Part shown: positions 20,172-30,050 of the stretch, piece after piece
Layout of the letters: every line of letters begins with the position of its first letter
How positions within the stretch are numbered: the first letter of the stretch is position 1
The notes under the pieces: generated by a model
What the model saw: the letters and a program-made list of their open reading frames with translations, nothing else
What the model was told of the DNA's origin: nothing
The model's database searches: none
Source: Abditibacteriaceae bacterium
Lineage (GTDB): Bacteria; Armatimonadota; Abditibacteriia; Abditibacteriales; Abditibacteriaceae
DNA: 64,000 nt
Reading direction: 5' to 3'
Assembly: GCA_965277285.1 (NCBI GenBank)
Contig: OZ255721.1
Coordinates: 320,001-384,000 of the forward strand
Made by a program: the position numbers and the translations under genes

Positions 20172-21320
20172 CTACGCGTTCGCTAAAATCTCGCGCAGCG
20201 ACGAAATAAATCGTGCGTTCATGTCGCGCGTGCCAATCGTGACGCGCAAATGTTGCGGCAAACCGAAACCCGTGCGCACAATGACGCCGCGCTTCATCAA
20301 TTCCCGTTCGACAATTTTCGCGTCGCGCCCGACATCGACCAGAATGAAATTCGCTTCGGTCGGCACATAATCGAGCTTCAATTCGTCGAACACCGCGCCC
20401 AATTGGTCTTTGCCGTCTTCGTTCAAGTCGCGCGCGCGCAGCACTTGCTCGGCATCGTCCAAGCTCGCAATTGCGGCGGCTTGTGCCAGCGTGTTCACAT
20501 TGAAAGGCCCGCGCACCTGCTGCAAATAACTGGCGATTTCGCGGTTGGCAATGCCGTAACCAACGCGCAAACCGGCCAGCGCATACGCTTTCGAGAAGGT
20601 TTGCAAAACGACAACGTTGTGTCCGTCGCGCACGAATTGCAAGCCGTTGGCGGAATTTTCGTCGCAAACGTATTCGAGATACGCCTGATCCAAAACGACC
20701 ACGACGTGCGACGGCAAGCCATCCAAAAGTTCGGCGACTTCCGCGTGGGAAACTACAGTTCCCGTCGGATTGTTCGGGTTGGCGATAAAAATCAGTTTGG
20801 TCTTTTCATTGACCTGCGCTTTCATGGCGCGCAAATCGTGGCGCATATCGCTGGTCAACGGCACCGCGTGATAAGTGCAATCGGCGAGCATGGCGCAGGC
20901 GCGATATTGAACAAAACTGGGTTCGGCGAAGATGACTTCATCGCCGCGCTCGCGGTCGAGAAACGCCATCCCCAGAAAATGAATAATTTCGTCGCTGCCG
21001 TTGCCGACAACCAATTGCTCGGTTGCGACATTCCAGAAGGCGGCGAGCTTGTTTTTTAAGGCGTAGCAACTGTCGTCGGGATAAAGCCACATCTCATCGA
21101 GTACTCGATTCATCGCTGCGGTCGCGTATTTGGACGGGCCGAGCACGTTTTCATTGGAAGCGAGCTTGATAATTTCGGTTTTTTCGTCCAAACCCAGTTC
21201 GCGCTTCACGTCTTCGATGGGCTTGCCGGGCACATAAGGCCGCAAGCGCGTCACGCTTTCGCGCACGAGAGAAGAAGTTTTTGAGGTTGTCGAAGACGAA
21301 TCGGAGGCGACGAGCGACAT
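20172..21320 (-). CDS. hisC: Histidinol-phosphate transaminase
   Basis: [41 protein letters not shown]. Confidence 0.95.
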   Translation of the reverse strand: MSLVASDSSSTTSKTSSLVRESVTRLRPYVPGKPIEDVKRELGLDEKTEIIKLASNENVLGPSKYATAAMNRVLDEMWLYPDDSCYALKNKLAAFWNVATEQLVVGNGSDEIIHFLGMAFLDRERGDEVIFAEPSFVQYRACAMLADCTYHAVPLTSDMRHDLRAMKAQVNEKTKLIFIANPNNPTGTVVSHAEVAELLDGLPSHVVVVLDQAYLEYVCDENSANGLQFVRDGHNVVVLQTFSKAYALAGLRVGYGIANREIASYLQQVRGPFNVNTLAQAAAIASLDDAEQVLRARDLNEDGKDQLGAVFDELKLDYVPTEANFILVDVGRDAKIVERELMKRGVIVRTGFGLPQHLRVTIGTRDMNARFISSLREILANA

Positions 21321-21480
21321 AATTTTTCCAGTGTTGACGAAGTTAGGCGCGATGCAAAACGCAAGGCGAAATGCTTTATATTCTCTGCGTTCTCCGCGTC
21401 TTGCGCGGTGAATAATGACGAGAATACGGCAAACAAGCGGCGGCTTAGTGTATCATTAGGCGCGGAGAACGGTCAAACCT

Positions 21481-22356
21481 GTGAAAACGATTTCTGCACG
21501 CGCCCTGCTTTTCCTTTTTCTGTGCTGGCTTTTTGCGACGAGCGATGCCACGCGAATTGTCGCGGCACCTTCTGCGGATTTCCGTCCGCCAGCGCCGCCA
21601 ACCCGCGCCCTGAATGCGTCACCAAAGAACGCGTCACCAAAGAACGCGTCACCGGCGAAAACAACATTCGCGCCGCATTCGAGTACTCGAACCGTTGCGC
21701 CATCTTCACCAACTTTCGCAGTTTCAAACGTCGCCTCGAACGCGATTCAAACGCGCCAACTCGCGCCACAGATCGTGCAAAATTTGGAACTCAACGGCGT
21801 GTGGATTGATCCTTCGCTATCACAAACCACAAACGCCGCGGCAATTGAAAAAGCGCTTCACAACGCCGATTTTTCGGTGCGCGTCCTGATTGCGCGCCGT
21901 TTGCCGCCCAATGTCCAAAACGTTGATGCTCTGGCCGAAATGGTTCATCAACAATTGAAAATGAACGATGGCCTGGCGATTGTCGCTACCAGCGACGACG
22001 CGCAACTGGGCATTTACGGAGGCGATTTGAACGCGGCCACGCGCCGCCAGATCGTTCTCGATGGCGCGCAAACTTGGACGCAGGAAGGTTACGCGGCAGG
22101 CGTCGCGCAAACCTTGCGACTGACGGCTTACGAACGAAAGTTGCAAGCCTGGTCGCGCTTCTGGCGCATCGTTTTGCCAGGCACAATCGGCGTTTTGTGC
22201 CTGCTCGCGGCGTTTGCCATTTGGCTGCGCCGCAAACTCAAACATCGCGCCCGCCGCGTCCTCTCCAAAAGCCTGCCAACCACCATTCCCGTCTTGAACG
22301 ACGACGCAACGCCCATTGAAACTCCGGTTGAATCTTCCACAGTCGAGGCGGTTTGA
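21481..22356 (+). CDS. Exported/membrane hypothetical protein (TPM-like region, C-terminal TM helix)
   Basis: Signal peptide, NASPK repeats, TM helix followed by RRKLK. Confidence 0.65.
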   Translation: MKTISARALLFLFLCWLFATSDATRIVAAPSADFRPPAPPTRALNASPKNASPKNASPAKTTFAPHSSTRTVAPSSPTFAVSNVASNAIQTRQLAPQIVQNLELNGVWIDPSLSQTTNAAAIEKALHNADFSVRVLIARRLPPNVQNVDALAEMVHQQLKMNDGLAIVATSDDAQLGIYGGDLNAATRRQIVLDGAQTWTQEGYAAGVAQTLRLTAYERKLQAWSRFWRIVLPGTIGVLCLLAAFAIWLRRKLKHRARRVLSKSLPTTIPVLNDDATPIETPVESSTVEAV

Positions 22357-22382
22357 GTTAATGAAACCATAGGAAATCTGAT

Positions 22383-22826
22383 ATGAAAATTCTCGCTTTG
22401 CTGCTGCTGGGAACATTGGCGGGCAACGAACTCGCGGTGGGCGCTTTCGTGCATCCGGCTTTATCGCGTTTGCCGGATGCACAACACGCAGCGGCTGCGC
22501 AAGGATTGGCGCGCATTTACGGGAAAGTCGGGCCTTTCTGGTACGCCGCAACGCTGCTCGTCCTGATTTTTGTCGCGTGGCGCACGTCGGCAAACGGCGC
22601 GGCCAAACTCGCATTGATCGCTTCTGCCGCATTGGTCGCCATTTCGATTGTTTTCACGATTGTCGGCCCCGTCCCGATCAACAACCGCGTCGCGGCCTGG
22701 AATCTCGATGATCTGCCGCCAAATTGGAAAGCTGACCGTGTTCGCTGGGACAAACTTCACGCCATTCGCGTCGTGATATTGCTTGTTTCGCTGATTGCTC
22801 TGGCTTTCGGCGCCACGCGAAAATAG
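22383..22826 (+). CDS. DUF1772 / anthrone-oxygenase-family membrane protein
   Basis: TIVGPVPINNRVAAW...PPNW...RWDKLHAIR signature. Confidence 0.8.
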   Translation: MKILALLLLGTLAGNELAVGAFVHPALSRLPDAQHAAAAQGLARIYGKVGPFWYAATLLVLIFVAWRTSANGAAKLALIASAALVAISIVFTIVGPVPINNRVAAWNLDDLPPNWKADRVRWDKLHAIRVVILLVSLIALAFGATRK

Positions 22827-22863
22827 CTGTAAATTTGGGCAATTTGTCAGCAGTTTGCCCGTT

Positions 22864-22976
22864 TTGAGTACTCGATTCTTTAATCCATGCCTTCCAAAAC
22901 CACAATTCCAACATCAAACGACGATGCACCGCCCTTGGAAACTCCGGTTGCATCTTTCACTGTGGGAGCAATTTGA
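22864..22976. repeat. Diverged duplicates of the 3' ends of the two flanking core genes
   Basis: 22864-22910 matches 23432-23477; 22917-22976 matches 22297-22356. Confidence 0.85.
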
Positions 22977-22997
22977 TGAACAATTTCCTCTACTGGT

Positions 22998-23381
22998 TCA
23001 CGATACTTCTTTTGATGAGCGCGAAGTCGGGAATTGAGCGCATCCTAACTTTGTTGTGAAGCCTCCATTGATGACTCCCCATTCACCGAGACCATTGAGT
23101 GGAATAGAAATGTAGATAACGCTGGCATCGGAACTGACAGCATTGTAAGAAACTTTCGTCCCATCGTTGATAATAGTAACTCGATGTTCTCCAAGGGTTC
23201 GATGATCGTGGTCTGCAAGCACTAAATACCCAGGGTCGTTAAAAAGGTGCGCTTCATTCGGTAGAGCGATGAAGACACAATCGCTTTCCCACTGACCGAC
23301 AGTTGCTGTGTAGTCCTCAGCAACCTTAGCAAGAAGCATAAAGCCAAGATGTTCTTGCAATGCATTTGATAATTTGGTCAT
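22998..23381 (-). CDS. Hypothetical protein (AT-rich orphan)
   Basis: 127-aa ORF, low GC. Confidence 0.55.
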   Translation of the reverse strand: MTKLSNALQEHLGFMLLAKVAEDYTATVGQWESDCVFIALPNEAHLFNDPGYLVLADHDHRTLGEHRVTIINDGTKVSYNAVSSDASVIYISIPLNGLGEWGVINGGFTTKLGCAQFPTSRSSKEVS

Positions 23382-23446
23382 GGCACGATTAAATGATGCT
23401 CTTACTAATTACATCGAAGCCGTAAACAGAATCGAGTACTCGATAT

Positions 23447-25003
23447 TCAATCCATCCCTTCCAAAACCACAATTCCATCGCGGATGTGGAAACTGATGCG
23501 CGAAGGTTCCCAATTGGGCGCGACGCGGCGATGAAAATTGCGGTCATTGGTGACGACGCTGGCGCCGCTTCCTCGCGCTTCGCGGGCTAAAATGTCGTCG
23601 GCTTCAGTTCCGGCAATCACAATTTCCAGTTCGCCGCGCCGCGCCATTTCCTTGAGTTCATCGGGTTCGTCGATGTTGTGTGGCAAAGACGCATCGGCGT
23701 AAAACAAAATCGGAAAGCAATCGTAGCGGCGCAATTCTTCGCGCATCGTGATCAAATGCTGAAATTGGCCGCGTCCGCGGCTGTCTTTTTCGTAGCGCGC
23801 GACGTTGCTCGCATCGACCAGAACGCGCGTCGTGGCGCCGTGCAGTACGCGAACGTAATAGCGCCCGACTTCGCGCACGCCGGACAGAAAACGCTTCGCC
23901 AGTTCTTCGTTGTTGTCGCGCAAGGTTTCGATGTCGCGCGACAAGGCCGCCACCCAAATTTCGTCGTTTTTGTCGATGCGCTCTTTGGCTTCGCGCGGCG
24001 AAACACGAACTTCGCGTTGCTCGCTTTTCCAGACGAAAACTTCATCGCGCCCGAACAACGGCTTGGGCGGACGCGGCGGTTTTTTGGGCTTGGCGGGTTT
24101 TGCCGCAACCACCGGAACTTCGGGCATGATTGTGGGCGTTGGTTCTTCGACCTGGTTTTGTTCCTCGATTTGCGCTTGCAATTGCGCCAGATGGCGGCGC
24201 GTTTCTTCCTGCAACAGTTGGCCTTGCCGCACCAAACGCTTCAAGCGCTTGATTTCCAGACTTTGCTCTTCGATTTCTTTTTCGTAGCCGCGTGCGCGCC
24301 GCGCCTCGCGCTCAAAGTTTTTCTGCGCTTCGCTCAACTTGTTTTGCGCTTCGCTGTCGCGCTTGGCGCTTTGATGCGTTTGCTGCTCGCGTTCGCGTTG
24401 CGCGCGTTGAAGTTCGTTGCGCAACGCATCATTTTCGCGCCGCAGTTGAATGCCGCTTTGTTCGGCGGCTTGCGCGCGCTGTCGCCATTCTTCACTTTGC
24501 TTTTGCAATTGCGCGCTTTCGTCAGAAGGCGTTTTTGGCGCTTCTCTCGGTGTTTCGAGTACTCGATTGTCGGTTTTCGTCTCGTTCTCTTCAGGAATTG
24601 AAAAACGACCGTCGAAATAAACGGTGAGCAGCAAATGGTCAAAGCCGAACTGTTCGATCAATTGCGAGTTCTGCACTTGAAATGCTTCTTCGTTTTCGAT
24701 GAGCGCGAGCACTTCCACAACGTTTTTACCAGCGTTTTCGCGCCACCATTGCGCTAAAGCGTCGCGCGTGGTGGCTTCTTTTTCCAGATGCGCTTTCAGG
24801 CGCGAACGCACCAAAGGTTGTGTCAAAGCGCGCGGCGATTGTTGGAAACCGCGCGCGATTTCCTGGCGCAAGCCAAATTGTTCGTCTTCGCGCAACCAAG
24901 CCCACAAATCGCGTTGCGAAACGGCGCGAAAAAACGCCGCGAAAACAATCTCCGGCCAAGCGGCGGAAATCGGTTCTTCGGTATTTTCGTTGGCATCGTT
25001 CAT
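23447..25003 (-). CDS. Coiled-coil protein with C-terminal NYN/PIN (Zc3h12a-like) RNase domain
   Basis: VLVDASNVA, ADASL, EADD, VVTNDRNF acidic motifs. Confidence 0.75.
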   Translation of the reverse strand: MNDANENTEEPISAAWPEIVFAAFFRAVSQRDLWAWLREDEQFGLRQEIARGFQQSPRALTQPLVRSRLKAHLEKEATTRDALAQWWRENAGKNVVEVLALIENEEAFQVQNSQLIEQFGFDHLLLTVYFDGRFSIPEENETKTDNRVLETPREAPKTPSDESAQLQKQSEEWRQRAQAAEQSGIQLRRENDALRNELQRAQREREQQTHQSAKRDSEAQNKLSEAQKNFEREARRARGYEKEIEEQSLEIKRLKRLVRQGQLLQEETRRHLAQLQAQIEEQNQVEEPTPTIMPEVPVVAAKPAKPKKPPRPPKPLFGRDEVFVWKSEQREVRVSPREAKERIDKNDEIWVAALSRDIETLRDNNEELAKRFLSGVREVGRYYVRVLHGATTRVLVDASNVARYEKDSRGRGQFQHLITMREELRRYDCFPILFYADASLPHNIDEPDELKEMARRGELEIVIAGTEADDILAREARGSGASVVTNDRNFHRRVAPNWEPSRISFHIRDGIVVLEGMD

Positions 25004-25027
25004 GGAATCGAGTACTCGATAAGGAAA

Positions 25028-25100
25028 CCAGAACCCCGAACGTAAGTGAGGGGCTGAGGTAACTGCGATTTCAGCCCCTCACTTACGTTCGGGGTTCTGG
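25028..25100. repeat. Intergenic inverted repeat, family B
   Basis: CCAGAACCCCGAACGTAAGTGAGGGGCTGA / TCAGCCCCTCACTTACGTTCGGGGTTCTGG. Confidence 0.85.
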
Positions 25101-25117
25101 ACTTGGACGCATCAACT

Positions 25118-25149
25118 AAAACGCCCGCATCGAGAAAATGCGGGCGTTG
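25118..25149 (-). terminator. Rho-independent terminator of acnA
   Basis: AACGCCCGCAT / ATGCGGGCGTT stem with T-run on the minus strand. Confidence 0.65.
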
Positions 25150-25165
25150 TCAACAAAACTTCTGA

Positions 25166-28081
25166 TTAAACCGCCGCGACTTCGATAGTTTGCGCGGTTT
25201 TGGAGCTGGCAACGAGTTCGCGCAGAACATATTGCAAAATGCCGCCGTGCCGGTAATATTCGATTTCAATCGGCGTATCGATGCGCGATTGAACCTGCAC
25301 CTGGAAAGTTTGTCCGTTCGCGCGGCGCACAACGAGTATCAAATCTTGGCGCGGCTTCATGCCTTCCAGCCCCAAAATATCGAAAGTTTCAGTGCCCGTC
25401 AAACCCAGTGCCGAAGCCGTAATGCTGTCCTTGAACTGACACGGCAAAACGCCCATTCCGACCAGGTTGGAACGATGAATGCGCTCGAAACTTTGCGCGA
25501 TGACGGCACGCACGCCCAGCAAACGCGTGCCTTTGGCCGCCCAGTCGCGCGAACTTCCCGTGCCATATTCCTGACCGGCGATGACGATAAGCGGAACATC
25601 GGCAGCGGCATATTTCACCGACGCGTCGTAAATGCTCATCTGTTCGCCTTCGGGCTGATGAATCGTCACGCCGCCTTCGACGCCGGGAACCATCAGGTTT
25701 TTGATGCGCACGTTGGCGAAAGTGCCGCGCGTCATCACGCGGTCGTTGCCGCGCCGCGAACCATACGAGTTGAAATCTTGCGGGCGCACGCCTTTTTGCT
25801 GAAGGTAAAGTCCGGCCGGCGAATCGGCTTTGATCGCTCCAGCTGGCGAAATGTGATCGGTTGTGACGGAATCGCCGAAAATCGCCAGAGGGCGCGCGTA
25901 GCGAATATCGTGTACTCGATCCGCGTCCATGCTCATGTCGGTGAAAAACGGCGGCTGCTGGATATACGTCGAGTTTTTGTCCCACGCATAAACATTGCCG
26001 CTCGAAGACGGAACTTCGTTCCACAGCGGGTTCTGGCCTTCAAAATCCGAATACAAGCGTTCAAAGGTCGCGGCATCGAAGGCTTGCATCAACAAATCGC
26101 GGACTTCTTCCTGCGTCGGCCAGATGTCGCGCAGCATGATTTCGCGCCCGCCGCGCCCAAAGCCAATCGGTTCTCGGCTCATGTCGATGTCAACTGTTCC
26201 GGCCAGCGCGAACGCGACCACCAACGGCGGCGACATCAGGAAGTTCGCTTTCACGTTTTGATGCACGCGCGCTTCAAAGTTGCGATTGCCGGAAAGCACG
26301 CTGGCGACTACCAGATCGTTGCTCGTCACGGCTTCTTCGATGCGCGGATCAAGCGGGCCAGAGTTGCCGATGCAAGTCGTGCAACCGTAACCGACAGTTT
26401 GAAAACCCAGTTTATCCAGCGATTTGCTCAAGCCGGTTTTGTCCAGATAGTCGGTGACGACGCGCGAGCCGGGCGCCAAACTCGTCTTGACATAAGACGG
26501 CACTGCCAAACCCAATTCGAGAGCTTTTTGCGCCAACAAACCCGCCGCCAGCATGACGCTGGGATTCGATGTGTTGGTGCAACTTGTGATGGCGGCGATC
26601 ACGACATCGGCGTGACCGATTTCAACGGCGCCGCGCGCGAATTCGTCCAAAGGTACGCGCTCAACGCGGTCGGGCGTCGGGCGGTTGTTCATCATTTCTT
26701 CTTCGGTCGTCGGGTTGGTGTTTTTGGTCGAAGTTTCGGCTTCAAAGCGCACGCGCTTGGGCAACGTTTCGGGGTCTTGTTCGCCGCCGCCTGCTAAAGG
26801 TTTGCCCGGATGCGCGTGGAAACTCATCTTGGTCTGAAAACGCTGCTCCAAATCTTCCATCGTTTTCTGGTAGCCGCCTTCATAAACTGGCTGCTCGAAA
26901 AGTTCGCGGAACTTTCCCTTCAAATCCGACAGGTTGATGCGATCTTGCGGACGCTTCGGGCCAGCGACGCTGGGCGTCACGTCTTCCAGGTTCAATTCCA
27001 GCAGATTCGAGTACTCGATCTCGCCTTTTTGCGGCATTCCGAACAAGCCCTGCGCCTGGAAATAATTGCGAAACGCCGCGACCTGCGCTGGCGTGCGTCC
27101 GGTATCCGCCAGATATTTGCAGGATTCTTCATCGACGGGAAAAAAGCCCATCGTCGCGCCATATTCGGGCGCCATGTTCGCTATCGTGGCGCGGTCGGGC
27201 AACGTCAAAGAAGCGGCGCCTTCGCCATGAAACTCGACGAACTTGCCGACGACTTTCTGACGCCGCAAGATTTCCGTGATGTAGAGCGCCAGATCGGTCG
27301 CTGTCACGCCTTCTTTCAAGCTGCCCGAAAGATGCACGCCGACGACATCGGGCGTCAGGAAATAAACCGGTTGCCCGAGCATTCCGGCTTCGGCTTCGAT
27401 GCCGCCGACGCCCCAGCCGACAATGCCCAAACCGTTAATCATCGTGGTGTGACTGTCGGTTCCGACCAGCGTATCGGGATAATAAACGCCATCTTTTTCG
27501 AGCACGCCTTTGGCCAGATATTCCAAGTTCACCTGGTGCACGATGCCGATGCCGGGCGGCACCACTTTGAAACTTTCAAAGGCTTGCATGCCCCATTTGA
27601 GGAACTGATAGCGCGCTGCGTTGCGTCTGAACTCGATTTCCATATTCAGCATCAAGGCGTTCGGCACGCTGGAATAATCGACTTGCACGGAGTGATCGAC
27701 CACTAAATCGACGGGCACCAGCGGTTCGATGATTTTCGGATCGGCGCCAAAACGCGCCGACGCCGAACGCATCGCGGCCAAATCGACGAGCAGGGGAACG
27801 CCGGTGAAATCCTGCAACACGATGCGCGCCACGACGAAGGGAATTTCTTCGGTGCGCTCCTGAATGGGCTGCCAGTTGGCCAATGTGCGCACATCGTTTT
27901 CTTCGACTTTTTTGCCGTCGCAGTTGCGCAAAACGCTTTCGAGGACGATGCGAATGGAAACCGGCAGTTTGGAAATCGGCCCGACGCCAGCTTTTTCCAG
28001 TTGGGGAAGCGAGTAGAAATGCGCGTCTCGTCCGTGTCCGGTGTCGAAGGTTTGCAAGGAATCAAAGAGATTATGGGACAT
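25166..28081 (-). CDS. acnA: Aconitate hydratase A
   Basis: [60 protein letters not shown]. Confidence 0.97.
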   Translation of the reverse strand: MSHNLFDSLQTFDTGHGRDAHFYSLPQLEKAGVGPISKLPVSIRIVLESVLRNCDGKKVEENDVRTLANWQPIQERTEEIPFVVARIVLQDFTGVPLLVDLAAMRSASARFGADPKIIEPLVPVDLVVDHSVQVDYSSVPNALMLNMEIEFRRNAARYQFLKWGMQAFESFKVVPPGIGIVHQVNLEYLAKGVLEKDGVYYPDTLVGTDSHTTMINGLGIVGWGVGGIEAEAGMLGQPVYFLTPDVVGVHLSGSLKEGVTATDLALYITEILRRQKVVGKFVEFHGEGAASLTLPDRATIANMAPEYGATMGFFPVDEESCKYLADTGRTPAQVAAFRNYFQAQGLFGMPQKGEIEYSNLLELNLEDVTPSVAGPKRPQDRINLSDLKGKFRELFEQPVYEGGYQKTMEDLEQRFQTKMSFHAHPGKPLAGGGEQDPETLPKRVRFEAETSTKNTNPTTEEEMMNNRPTPDRVERVPLDEFARGAVEIGHADVVIAAITSCTNTSNPSVMLAAGLLAQKALELGLAVPSYVKTSLAPGSRVVTDYLDKTGLSKSLDKLGFQTVGYGCTTCIGNSGPLDPRIEEAVTSNDLVVASVLSGNRNFEARVHQNVKANFLMSPPLVVAFALAGTVDIDMSREPIGFGRGGREIMLRDIWPTQEEVRDLLMQAFDAATFERLYSDFEGQNPLWNEVPSSSGNVYAWDKNSTYIQQPPFFTDMSMDADRVHDIRYARPLAIFGDSVTTDHISPAGAIKADSPAGLYLQQKGVRPQDFNSYGSRRGNDRVMTRGTFANVRIKNLMVPGVEGGVTIHQPEGEQMSIYDASVKYAAADVPLIVIAGQEYGTGSSRDWAAKGTRLLGVRAVIAQSFERIHRSNLVGMGVLPCQFKDSITASALGLTGTETFDILGLEGMKPRQDLILVVRRANGQTFQVQVQSRIDTPIEIEYYRHGGILQYVLRELVASSKTAQTIEVAAV

Positions 28082-28231
28082 TGTGGTCGTGAAAACTCCG
28101 TGGAAGTGAGGGTTGCCAAAACTTCGTGAGGCGTGAGGAAACAACACAGGCAGTTTATGCGCGAAGCGCCAAACGGTCAAGCAAAAACGCGAATCGAGTA
28201 CTCGATATTCCTTGCACGTTAAAATAAGCGC

Positions 28232-28606
28232 ATGACCATCGCCATCATCGGCGCGACTTCTCGCCGCTCCAAGTTCGCCAACAAAGCCGTGCGCGCCTTT
28301 CTCGAACACGGCGACACCGTAATTCCGATTCATCCCGCGCAAAGCGAAATCGAAGGCTTGCGCGTATACGCCAGCGTTCTCGATGTGCCGCAAACCATTG
28401 ATGTCGCCAACTTTTACGTGCCCGCCAACATCGGCCAACGAGTACTCGATGAGTGCGCGCAAAAAGGTATTCCGCGCGTCATCTTAAATCCAGGCGCCGC
28501 AAGTTCGGAACTGCTGCAACGCGCGCACGAGTTAAACATCGAAGCCGTGCAAGCCTGCTCCATTCGCATGATCAGCCGCGCACCAAGCGAGTTTTCGGAG
28601 GAATGA
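28232..28606 (+). CDS. CoA-binding domain protein
   Basis: IAIIGAT...VIPIHP...[14 protein letters not shown]...NPGA. Confidence 0.85.
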   Translation: MTIAIIGATSRRSKFANKAVRAFLEHGDTVIPIHPAQSEIEGLRVYASVLDVPQTIDVANFYVPANIGQRVLDECAQKGIPRVILNPGAASSELLQRAHELNIEAVQACSIRMISRAPSEFSEE

Positions 28607-28610
28607 GAAA

Positions 28611-29288
28611 ATGGTGAACTTTGACGAAGCATTGGCGGAAGTTAGAAAGCAGCTTGGTGCAGATTGCGTCATAACATCCATCACAACGCGGCCTTATGGC
28701 TGGGTGTTTTGTTACACCTCCAGGCAACACGTTGAGACTGGCGATGAGAGATATGGATTGATCGGCAATGCGCCGTTCTTTATTTCAAAATGGGGCCAAG
28801 TAGAGAGAATATCCACAGCCACGAATTGGCCTCCTAACTTGTTTTTTAAGAACTGGGAAGCCGCTCATCCTGAATATGAATTGCCGAAATGTGAAGAAGG
28901 CTTCCTGTTGTATGACAGTGCTCTTACTTTAAGCGAAGACGATGAAAAGGAGATTATTCGCATCCTCAATACAGTTTTGTGGTACGCAATCGGCTTCAAA
29001 ACCGACGAAACGCGCTTCCAAGTCGATGGTGGGAAATGCCGTTTTCGCGTACAGCATCGCATAGGTGAAACATGGCAGAGGAGTTTGCTGGGCAACTATT
29101 ACGCTTTAATCGCTCAACGTCTCAAGCAAATGGCGAAAATCGAACCACGCGACAAAGAACATCTTGACGCTACGCAGAGCGGAACATTCCACGTCACGTT
29201 GAAAGATGAAAATTATCTCATCAAGGTCACTTCAACAATGACTGAAAACGGTGAAGAATTGCATCTCAAAACAGAACCTCAGGCGTGA
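28611..29288 (+). CDS. YrhB/Imm35-like domain fused to a PilB/GspE N-terminal-like domain
   Basis: YGWVFCYTS..ETGD..LIGNAPFFI; IIRILNTVL..AI...RLKQMAKI...QSGTF...STMTENGEEL. Confidence 0.65.
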   Translation: MVNFDEALAEVRKQLGADCVITSITTRPYGWVFCYTSRQHVETGDERYGLIGNAPFFISKWGQVERISTATNWPPNLFFKNWEAAHPEYELPKCEEGFLLYDSALTLSEDDEKEIIRILNTVLWYAIGFKTDETRFQVDGGKCRFRVQHRIGETWQRSLLGNYYALIAQRLKQMAKIEPRDKEHLDATQSGTFHVTLKDENYLIKVTSTMTENGEELHLKTEPQA

Positions 29289-29314
29289 CTTTAGCGGCTC
29301 AAAGCGAGGACAGC

Positions 29315-29953
29315 ATGAACTTTGACGAAGCGATGGCGAAAGTTAAGAAGCGGATCGGTGCTGATTGCAGGGTCACGAAAGTTGAAACGAAGCCTTGCGG
29401 CTGGATGTTTCATTATCAGGAAATAGATTGGAAAAATCAAAAGTCCCTCGGGCGTGGGCCAATTTTCGTTGATGTGTTTGGCGAAATGTTCCATGCGTCC
29501 AGCTTTCTTGGTGAAGACGTTTTCTACCGAGAATGGGAAGTTTTGTATTCAGAGTACAAAAGTGAATTGTGGAAATCTGATGAGCCAACGATTCTTAGCG
29601 AAGAGGAAGTACTGGGAACGATGCGTGTTATTAACACGATTTTGATGTATGCCATCAAAGACAAAGCCAGTGAAATCAGCATCAAATCGCTGCCAAACTT
29701 CTTTCATTTTATCGTTCGTTACCTCATTGATGACGAGTGGCATGATCAAATGAAGTCGCATAATTACGCTTTGATAGCCTTTCGTCTCAAGGAAATGGCA
29801 AAAATTGAACCGCGCGACAAACATGCTTCGCCTGCTCCTCAAAACGGTTCATTTGATGTGACAATGAAAGGCGAAAATTATCACGTATTTGTCACTTCAA
29901 CGCTGACTAAAAACGGTGAAGAATTGCACTTGAAACTCCAACTCGAAACCTAA
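29315..29953 (+). CDS. Tandem paralog: YrhB-like plus PilB/GspE N-terminal-like domain
   Basis: GAGGA RBS; GWMFHYQ..GRGPIFVD; RVINTILMYAIKDKASEI...VRYLID...RLKEMAKI...PQNGSF. Confidence 0.65.
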   Translation: MNFDEAMAKVKKRIGADCRVTKVETKPCGWMFHYQEIDWKNQKSLGRGPIFVDVFGEMFHASSFLGEDVFYREWEVLYSEYKSELWKSDEPTILSEEEVLGTMRVINTILMYAIKDKASEISIKSLPNFFHFIVRYLIDDEWHDQMKSHNYALIAFRLKEMAKIEPRDKHASPAPQNGSFDVTMKGENYHVFVTSTLTKNGEELHLKLQLET

Positions 29954-29968
29954 ATTTCTTCATCGTAC

Positions 29969-30015
29969 TTGCGCCTCCATCTGCTTCGTGCTACACTTTG
30001 TGAAAAGTTTCACAG
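29969..30015 (+). promoter_or_regulatory. Promoter with Rex/CRP-type operator at the start site
   Basis: TTGCGC-17 bp-TACACT then TTGTGAAAAGTTTCACAG (TGTGA-N6-TCACA). Confidence 0.6.
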
Positions 30016-30050
30016 AATTGTGGAATTGAGATTGAAAGGAGGTGTGGGCG

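Noticed and set aside
17964..20667. Long N-terminal extensions of aroA and aroF in the ORF track (also acnA to 28462)
   Set aside because: They overlap upstream genes or repeats; homology starts at 17963, 20088 and 28081
25190..27706. Long + strand ORFs (535 aa, 298 aa)
   Set aside because: Antisense shadows of acnA
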